A stretch of 63,811 nucleotides of DNA, counting the filler, from Sluysia triapertura (Eukaryota), in the NCBI GenBank assembly GCA_046118255.1. It is 5 parts of 5 records of this genome, joined end to end, with 100 filler letters (N's around TTAATTAATTAA, not from the genome) between each part and the next. Parts side by side here need not be neighbours in the genome. Positions count along the whole stretch, not along the records: positions 53,053 to 63,811 come from JBJNIA010193814.1; 4 more parts are not named here. One strand, 5' to 3'. The translations under genes were made by a program, and so were the position numbers. The notes beneath the pieces are model-generated. The model made no database searches. It worked only from the letters and a program-made list of their open reading frames with translations, and was not told where the DNA came from. This document shows, piece by piece, positions 55,182 to 63,811 of this stretch; the first letter of the stretch is position 1, and each line of letters opens with the position of its first letter.

Positions 55182-56075
55182 TGTGGTGGCTAACTTATAT
55201 TAAATTTTATTTTAAACACAACATACATTTTCATAAATTCATTAAAAACATTTTTTTACACAATCCTAAGTCAGTGTAACATTCACCCTCAAAATCTACA
55301 ACTCACATTTTAAATTTACAATTAATACAAAAATAATTAAAATCATATTCTTTTCAACATCACACAACAACCTTGTAAAATTCGTCACAGCCGTTTTTAT
55401 ATCTTATTTCTTTTCAGATCCACCAAAATTATCTACCATTTTCAAAACACTTCAAATTTACAACCTTATAACATACAAACCACAATTACATTCAATACCA
55501 TCAATTTACATTAAGAGATTCATCAAAATATCTTACCTGACATTTCATAACAATTTAACTAAAACCACATTCGGAATTAACTACCAGACACCTCAAATTA
55601 ATTCAAACATTCTAAATGCACGGAAGACTAGTAAACTAATAAGACTAGTAAATTACATTTAAAACGTTTTAAGTATTATCTTACAACGTCAGAACGACAA
55701 ATTATATCTCGAACCGCTAGTCCTGCAGTAAATTCATCTAGAAAAAGAAATTTCCTTTTTAAGAATTTCAAGTTTTTAACTTTTAAATATGTTGAGAAAT
55801 TTAAAAGGACCAAAAGAAAGGTCATGTTAAGCTAAGAAATAAGAAATTTGTGTGTTTATTTTTCATTTTTATCATTCATAATAATTGACGCTGTTGATTA
55901 ATTTAGTAACTACCACTACCAGTGGTGACTGAATTAAATTATGTGTACAGTCATTGTCACAACTGATAATGGTTCATATTTCAATCAATTTGTGCAATGA
56001 TTATTACTGGTTGTCCAACTAGATTGAACCCCATTACTATTCTTACATATCTCTGGTTGGACAGCCAGTCAAAGT
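55182..56075 (+). mobile_element. Family A repeat (putative LTR), copy 6
   Basis: Starts TGTGGTGGCTAAC; clear inverted similarity to 58200-58660; hairpin 55912-55973; CCAAT-palindrome variants ~56006 and ~56053. Confidence 0.7.
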
Positions 56076-56636
56076 TTCAATGTACAGTAATGTTACAACA
56101 ACAACAAAGAAAAGAACAAGAATTAGTATAATAATTGGCACCAATTTTATAATAGTTTCGCCAGTACGATTCGAGTTCCGTTTTTGTAACACTCTAAAAA
56201 CAAAAAGAAGTAAATGAACATTGATGTTACAGATACTGTTATAAGAGTTATTACAATTAAAAATTACTTTAAAGCAATTCTTGAAAGCCATATTGCCTCG
56301 AACCATCAAAGAGAGCAACATTAGGGAAATCATTTCTATTGGACAAGAATTGATCAAGATAGAGTTTGTACTCGTAAGTAGTTGTTGTCTAGTGTCATAT
56401 CGAAATATAGAATTGATCAGCAGATGACATTTGATTGAATATTCTTCAAATAACATTGGCGATTCTGCTTCGAATGGTCGCTGTGTTCGAGTTAACGTTT
56501 TGGACTCGTTCTTTATTTTTTCTATGAAGGAACATATGACTTGAGATGTTTTGTCTTTTCTAACGTTGTGATTCCAACGTCTAGTTAATTTTATATGTAA
56601 TATACGATTTCCTTTAATTTGCACAATGAAAATCAA
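56043..56636 (-). CDS. 197-aa ORF of unknown family between two inverted family A copies
   Basis: Longest ORF in the window, but no recognisable motif and no ATG start. Confidence 0.25.
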   Translation of the reverse strand: MIFIVQIKGNRILHIKLTRRWNHNVRKDKTSQVICSFIEKIKNESKTLTRTQRPFEAESPMLFEEYSIKCHLLINSIFRYDTRQQLLTSTNSILINSCPIEMISLMLLSLMVRGNMAFKNCFKVIFNCNNSYNSICNINVHLLLFVFRVLQKRNSNRTGETIIKLVPIIILILVLFFVVVVTLLYIETLTGCPTRDM

Positions 56637-57409
56637 CTTTCTTTTATATGGTTCAAAGTAGTCATAGATTATAATAATAAATATTGGCGTGAGCTTAAAA
56701 TTCTGATTTAGATCATTCTCGTTAGTATAAATCGTTATATATTTTTTTCATTGGAAAACTAAGCGTATTTTGAGTCATTAAATTTATCTTTACTAATTTT
56801 GATTAATTCAGTAGAAATAAATTTGTAAAATATATTATCTTTTACATTATCTTTTGATTTCTGAAACCAAATGATATTGAGAGAATATTTCTACATGGTT
56901 GTTAATGCATAGTCTGGTTTGGTTACTAATACTTGTAATGATAGTTTTGAAATCACAAATCTGACTTCTATTTATAATGAGCGTATATTCATTGCCGTCT
57001 AATCACCTTCTATAAATTTTGATGAATAAATTGTTTTAGAACATTAATAACGAGTCTATGATCAAGAAACTGCAATCAAACATTATAAATGACAATTTGA
57101 TGGTTTTGTTCCAAAATACTGATACGTAAGCATTTCCATCGTTTACGACTATTATCATTACTAGCTTTATTGATTTTAAGTCATTTGGACTGAAGATCTT
57201 CTCGTATATAATTAAATGAATTATTTGATTATTGCAGTATCTTTATTATAAAGCGAATGAATATTATCTTTATATTTGTTATTCATTTTTAATCTCCTAT
57301 TGTAGTATTTATCACCTCTTATAAAATCCATAATATCATTTTTTACTTGCAATTTTTACTACCACTACTGTATCCTATTATTAGCCACTCGAGGTAATTT
57401 TTTGCAATT

Positions 57410-58718
57410 GAGGTTATGATTTGATATCCAATCAATTGTTATTCGAAAGAATTTAAATGTAATTAACTGTCGTCACAACCATCACCAATAGTGGCATTAA
57501 ACCAAACATGTGAACTAAAAGTGTCACTATTGATGATGGCAGCTACCAAATAATTTTTATAAAAATGATAAGAATAATAATAATTTTAATGTTATTATTA
57601 TTATTTTAATATAAATTACATAAATCTTTTAAACTTAAAGAACATGAGCTTTCTTTTCTTAATGTGACAGTATTTCTTAACATATTTAAAAATCAATTTC
57701 TTATTTTACAGAAGTTAATTGTCTAAGGTTGAATGTTACGATTTTATGAACGTATGGTGTTACAAACTGTTGTTACGTGTTTACAATGAAATTTTAGTGA
57801 TTCTAATGTTATACGACAATGCGTAAAACGTTTTAATATAATTTTAAATGCTGTTTACTAGTTTTAAGTGAATTTTTAAATGCTATTTAATGTTTCTTAC
57901 TGAAGATGTATTTGAGTGTAGAAGGTTATAACTTAAGTATTTTGAAATAATATAAATGTTAAAAATGGATGATAAATGTACCTTGGTGTTTTGAACGAAG
58001 GTAGTGTTTGGACGTTAAAGGACTGTGAATTATGCATACGTTGAAAAAGAATAGTTTAGCGGATGTGAATAAGATAGATCGTAGGCTATGTTTTGGTAAG
58101 TTGAAAAGATGCTTGTACAATGTTGAAAATGTGATTTATTTTCTTGATAATTTTAAGTAATATTGTCATTCTGTAATGTCAGGGATTAAATGATAATAGA
58201 TCATGAATTTTGAATGTTTGAATTGATTTGAAGATGTCTGGTAGTTAATTTCGAATGTGGTTGTAATGAGATTGTTATGAAATGATTAATAGAATATTTA
58301 AGATGAACTTTTTCATGTAAATTAATGATCTTGAATATGATTGTTTTTGAATGTTATAAGAAAGTGAATTTAAAATTTTTTGGTAAAAGGAAATTGATTC
58401 TAATGGATCTGAAAAGAGAAAAGATATAGAAACGCTTTTGACGATTTCTAAAAGGTTGTTGTTTGATGTTGAAAAGGATATGATTTTAGTTATGTTATTA
58501 TTAAACTCTTAATTTAGGAATGTGAGTTGTAGATTTTGAGGGTGAGTGTGATATTGAAACATATGGTTTTGATTGTGTTGACATAGGATTATGTAAAAAA
58601 ACGTTTTTAATGAATTTTAAAATGTATATTGTATATTTTGAAAGTTTATATGGTTTTGAAATGTTTAGTTTAAAATTTTTAATAAAATTTGTTAAAAGTA
58701 ATGGGTTAGGGCTCCGCA
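57410..58718 (-). mobile_element. Family A repeat (putative LTR), copy 7
   Basis: Starts TGCGGAGCCCTAACCCATTACTTTTAACAAA with a 15-bp tandem duplication at 58709-58738; hairpin 57479-57539; TGATTTGATATCCAATCA at 57417-57434. Confidence 0.7.
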
Positions 58719-60239
58719 ATAATGGGCTCCGCAATAATATTGAGTTGTTATTAATTTGAAAATAATAATAAAATTTTGGGTTGAATAAATATCATTATTA
58801 AGATAAGAAAACTTGTGATAAGTTATAATTGATCTAGTGAATATTGAAATCATTTGAGATTTTATTTAAGTAAATTAAATTATTGATTATTGTTATAATC
58901 ATTAATTATTGTTATTATTGATTTAAGACGTAACAGTATTGTCTCGTTAATTGAATTTGTAGACTTAAATTTTGCATTTATTCTGTGAACACTGAGAGTT
59001 TATTGCAATTAAATAATCAATAATTTGTACCTATTTTACTATTACTGAATATATATATCGAAATTTAAAACTAATTTAATTATTGAGTCATTGTTAATTT
59101 TAAATAAAGTTGCAACAATAAACCATAACGTTTGATGTAAAAATGTATGTTTAAATACTTATGTTCTGTCAATGATATTAAAATAATGTAATAATCTTTA
59201 GTATTAATAATAATATTAAATAATAAAATAATAATAATAATTATAGCAATAAGAATATTAATAAAACGTTAATAAAAATAATAATTCCTTTATAATAATA
59301 ATAATGATAATAATAGTAATAGTAATTATAGCAATAACAATAATGAATTAATTACATAAAGTACTTTAATACCTTAAATGTTTAAGACCGTTTAAGGTCA
59401 TCAAAATGAAAACAGCATAAATTGTTAATAGGCGAGCAAAAACCCACACAAAGTAGATTATAAATTAAGTGTTAGATTATAAGCGCAGTTTATAATAATG
59501 TCAAGATTTTGCCAGGATTCTAGGACTATTATCGATACCGCAAGTATACATTATGAAATACTGACATTTATCTTTTAAGCTGTCAGAATTTCTTGAACGT
59601 TATTCCTCCAAAGACAATATAAAGTTTTTCATTGGTTTATTTTACACGGATTTCAAGCACATTTAATATGTGCGATAAAATATACTCAAAATCATTAATC
59701 ATTATTTTAAACCTATTTTAAAAGAGGCTAGCAAATTAATATTAAAGTTAAGTCTTGAGAATTTTTTATTAATTCTTTTTAAAGCAATTTTGAAAATTTC
59801 CTGACAGTACTTTTGGTTTTTAATAGTTTTACGTAATGAATTCAATGTTAATACTGCTGGATGCTACATTGATACAGTTAGTGGGAATGAAATATTGTTA
59901 GGTCAAGTGGATTTGATTAAGTTTGAATGTGACTAGCTTATTTTAAGTAGAACTTTCGAAGAGAGTCTAATATATTTGTGACTAATCTAGTAATCAATTA
60001 TGTTTTTCATTACTATAAGGTATTTATGAAAGTGTTCTTGATATCGACAAAAGTAACTTTCCATAAATTTTAGACAGAATATTTAAACGAACATCACGAA
60101 AGAATCTTGGTCTTATCTTTTCATTATCAGACGTTTTAGGGGATTTGATTTGGATCGTTTACACCTATTTGAGGTATTATTATTATTTTGAATTGTATCG
60201 TAGTTTGACATGATAAGTTTAATTTCCGAATACATCCGT

Positions 60240-61000
60240 AACTTTCCGATTTTATACACTACGTCTTCAAAGTTTGTTGAGAAGTTATAGTAAAATATAT
60301 TGACAAGATTATATTCAATGAAATCGTTTCTCTGTTGATTCATAATTTTAACTAATATCTTTAATTTAAAAACATTTACTTTAAATCTATTCGTATTTTT
60401 TTATACAAAGCTAAACAAATAATTACAAGTCAAGTAAGAGAAAAATTTTATTGAACTAAAATTTATATTAAGTATTAAACATTTAAATTTTAATGCTTCA
60501 TCAATTAAAACTTTCACACGTGTCGGGTTTGTTACCACGTCTTGCCACATGAATTGAAACCTTCTCCGGAGATTATCTAAATTAAATGATGTCAACGAAT
60601 TAAAAATAAAAAAATAAAATTTTACTAAGAATACCTTGTTGAAGTAACTATCTTCATCTCCTTCTCCATCTTCAACTGTGACTAAATTGGTAGTTTCGTC
60701 TTGTTTATTTATTGTTCCGTATTGATTTCTCCAAGAATGTGACTAGAATTGGTAATGAACTTGTGCCTTTTTATACTCACTATGCTAAAGCTTAGACAAC
60801 TTTGGAAAACGTTGACGTCTTTTTGACTAACTAAGTACTGATATTGATTGACTTTATTAACTGTTTGTATTATTTTGCTTACGATGACAGTAGTATCTTT
60901 TAGAATCATGTACAAAACACATTTTGCAATATTACTAGTCGGTTTATCTATTTCTACATTTAATCGTTTAACTCTGTATACATCTTCGACATTTAATCGT
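60240..61000 (-). pseudogene. Second, 5'-truncated copy of the PDE GAF fragment plus shared downstream ORF remnant
   Basis: LNVEDVY..IDKPTSNIAKCVLYMILKDTTVIVSKIIQTVNKV..DVNVFQSCLSF; downstream NDFIEYNLVNIFYYNFST resembles NNFIEHNFVSILCYHIST at ~46420. Confidence 0.85.
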
Positions 61001-61065
61001 TCAACTCTATGTGAGAGAAACATAAGTTAAAGAAGTGATAGAATAAAAGTTAAAGCTGTGATATC

Positions 61066-61117
61066 GTGAGTTCACCAACATACTGGTCTTACCAGCGAGG
61101 GCCAGCCGTTGGATTTT
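61066..61117 (-). other. Conserved hairpin plus PBS-like motif, copy 3
   Basis: CCAACA-TA-CTGGTC...GGCCAG-C-CGTTGG next to gtgagttcacca. Confidence 0.65.
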
Positions 61118-62620
61118 ACGCAAAGAAAAAGGTATCTAAAGTCTTGAAAATTTAACGATTCTTTAACTATATATATCTTAACGTCTGGAGCTTAATTTTA
61201 CTGTTTCTTGTCTTATCAATTTAAAAGTTATTTTGCAAAAATCCTATAATAAGGATTCTTTATAATTTACACAAATCCTACAACAAGCATTTCTTTAAAT
61301 TATTTTTCAATTAACGATTTTATCCTTTTTAATTATATCAAGTCGATGCTACTTTCAAGAAGATTTATTACATACAAAAGAAAAACTATGAAATATGATG
61401 GTTAGAATAAAATAATAATAATATATTTTACAGGAATTACTGATTGTAATCCTGATTTATTAAGATTTAAAAAGTGATTTTACAGTGATCCATTACAAGA
61501 TCACAAAAGTTAATTAATAAAAGAATTTAAGTCTATTTTACACTGATATTTTAAAAAATATCCTGTCTTAAATAAAACAAACTAACGTTTACGAATGACA
61601 ATTAATTGAGTCAATAAGCGAAAACATTGTTTATCCAAAAACTGTGAGAAAATTGAATTTAAAAATTGTGGAAAAAAAGAGTTTACAAAATTGTGTAAAT
61701 TATGTTAAATGTGGTGCTATTTATATTTTTTCGCCTATTGACCTTGGATGTTAATTTAAACAAATTAAAATAAAAGTTTAAACAAAAATTTAAGAAGTTT
61801 GAACAAAAATTAATAATTTTTAAAATTAAAACGTACTATAATTTAATTATTATAATTCAAAATATCCAAAATAAAATATTCCAAATTTTCAAAAATAATA
61901 AAATTTGAAATTCACAAATAAAAATAGATTCAAATATACAAAATACATTTAAAATAATCAATAATTGTTATTTACTTTAAAACGACACACATATAGCAAA
62001 CTAACGAGACAATCATTTTTGAACAAAAAATTCTCAACAAAACGGACGATCATTTCTGAACGGAGGTAGTAATTATTATTACATGTATATCAACAAAACA
62101 GACAGTTGAAGAGCAATCCTCACAGTATAAATAACGATAATTATCCAAATGCGATGTTTTTCAAGTTTTATTTTGTCAACAAACTCGTAAGACTTGCAAA
62201 AGGTTTTTTTTTGTGATTTCTGTTTTATCAACTAAATTGATTGGAGAATCCCAACACTGCTGTTATTTTGAAAAGACGTACTGTTTTATTCTGCAAGAAA
62301 CATATTAGTATCGGATTTTTAAGAATGGGATTGCGGAAAATTTGTATTGTGTGAAAGGACGTATAGGCATTAACAAGGAGTTTTATTTGTACTGAGGTGC
62401 TGCCTCTGTTACGGAGATATAAAATATACTTAAATTCATCAACTTATTATCTAGTTTTAGTTAGAAAAAATATAATTTTTAAAGTTCTTATAAAGTTGAT
62501 CTAGAAAATAACAGAACAACAATGGTATTATTTTTATTATAATACAACTTGTGTATTTAGTTTTGGGCGATTTTATATAATAAAATTTTCATTGTTGATA
62601 GTGCCATTTAGTATACATGA

Positions 62621-63200
62621 CTATAACATTCTAAAATTGTTAGACGGGGTTGATAGCTCAGTGGTTGTCTTCATACTCAAACACTGAGTAGGGCGCATGC
62701 GAAGCAATCCAAGAATCTCCCTCAAACTGTAGATTATGATGAAAATGTTCGTCTTAGTCTTATCTCCTCCTACGATGAATATATGTGCCAAAATATAGTA
62801 TGTGCCTTTCGACCCTTCAATAGTCGTACCTTTTTTTATCCACACCCTTGCGTTGAATGAACTGTCGCTTGAGCACGACCTAACAAAGTTGATGTGGTTA
62901 AATGGATGTTAGTTGGCAAATATGCGCACCTTCAAACATGATGGTCCAAAATTCGCACTGACCTTATTAACTTTCAGCGAAAATACAAGATTTCTGTCGT
63001 TTTCCTTTGTTCCAATGATGACAATTAGATTAAATTATCCATTAGTTGCGAATTCTTTCGTGGCATCAAAAATAGCATCATTTTTAATCGGTTTCATAAA
63101 GATAAAATCGGAAAATACCTTCACGAACTAATTAACATTTTCAATAGTAATACATGGAAATCTCTCAAATTTCAGCGTCTTTTTGTTGACTGTCTCATGA
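62621..63200 (-). pseudogene. Decayed ORF of unknown family (~190 codons, three in-frame stops)
   Basis: Single frame KTLKFERFPCITIENVN*FVKVFSDFIFMKP...RVWIKKGTTIEG...; elevated GC. Confidence 0.45.
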
Positions 63201-63490
63201 AAAGTCCATTCTTGGGTAGACTGCTCTCACTTCGACCTACAACTTGAGGAACTGGCAACCGTCACGTCATATTGGTCCAATTCTATCACCATAGAGAACA
63301 ATTCAGACTAGTTCAACCAATTCAACCAAGATCCAATTGCAAGATATACTTTTAATTTTTGTCATTAACTTTGACTTGTATAGAATAACATTGTATTGAT
63401 CCCATTTTTTATCCTTGATGATTTATACACTTTTATACTTTGTACCATGTGCTAAAAGTAAAAGTTTTCAATTCATTTCAATTCATCGAA

Positions 63491-63532
63491 CTGCTCAGCG
63501 AGATGTCCTGGGTTCGATTCCCAGTCAGTCCA
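63491..63532 (+). pseudogene. 3' half of a tRNA or tRNA-derived SINE head (T-arm/B box)
   Basis: Perfect T arm CTGGG-TTCGATT-CCCAG at 63508-63524, then TCAGTCCA; no D arm or 5' acceptor strand seen. Confidence 0.6.
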
Positions 63533-63811
63533 ATTTATTTTATTTGTTGTTGTTTAAAGAAAGATTAAAATTTAAATTACAAATTTAAAATATAAAGCAA
63601 CTGGCAATATGAATTGTAAATCGACTAATGTTTTCTTTATGATTATCTGTGGGTACTTATATAAATCCATATCCAATCAAAAACGAGTAGAATTGTAGAA
63701 TGTGTTAGGAAATGTTTATTATTTTGATTACTTAGTAGATTATATTGTAAAAAAATTGACATGATTTTACAAAAACTACAAAATTTATCATTATATTTAA
63801 TTTTCATAAAT

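Overview
Very AT-rich eukaryotic genomic DNA, most likely from a flatworm (the thyroid-hormone-receptor-like exon carries the FIPSYMDP...CVVC...CEGCK signature typical of flatworm TRs). The window is five contigs joined by artificial 100-bp linkers (N44-TTAATTAATTAA-N44), so adjacency across the gaps is not biological evidence. Host genes: one exon of an NR1A/TR-like nuclear receptor (interrupted by one in-frame TGA) and two phase-compatible terminal exons of an unidentified low-complexity protein. Almost everything else is decayed LTR-retroelement material. (1) A Ty3/Gypsy protease-RT-RNase H is preceded, in the same reading frame, by the C-terminal part of a chuvirus-type envelope glycoprotein (env-pro-pol order). 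A matching N-terminal glycoprotein fragment lies on another contig. (2) A dispersed ~1-1.3 kb repeat has 7 copies starting at or near TGTGGTGGCCAACC and is a probable LTR. It has a conserved architecture of AAT tract, long sequence-variable hairpin and palindromic double CCAAT box. A RING-finger/Arg-rich ORF reads into one copy. (3) Two copies of an intronless phosphodiesterase GAF fragment sit in shared repeat context. (4) There is also a Gypsy gag remnant, a three-copy hairpin/PBS-like motif, and several decayed ORFs of unknown family. All protein assignments are by motif recognition and manual translation, not database search.
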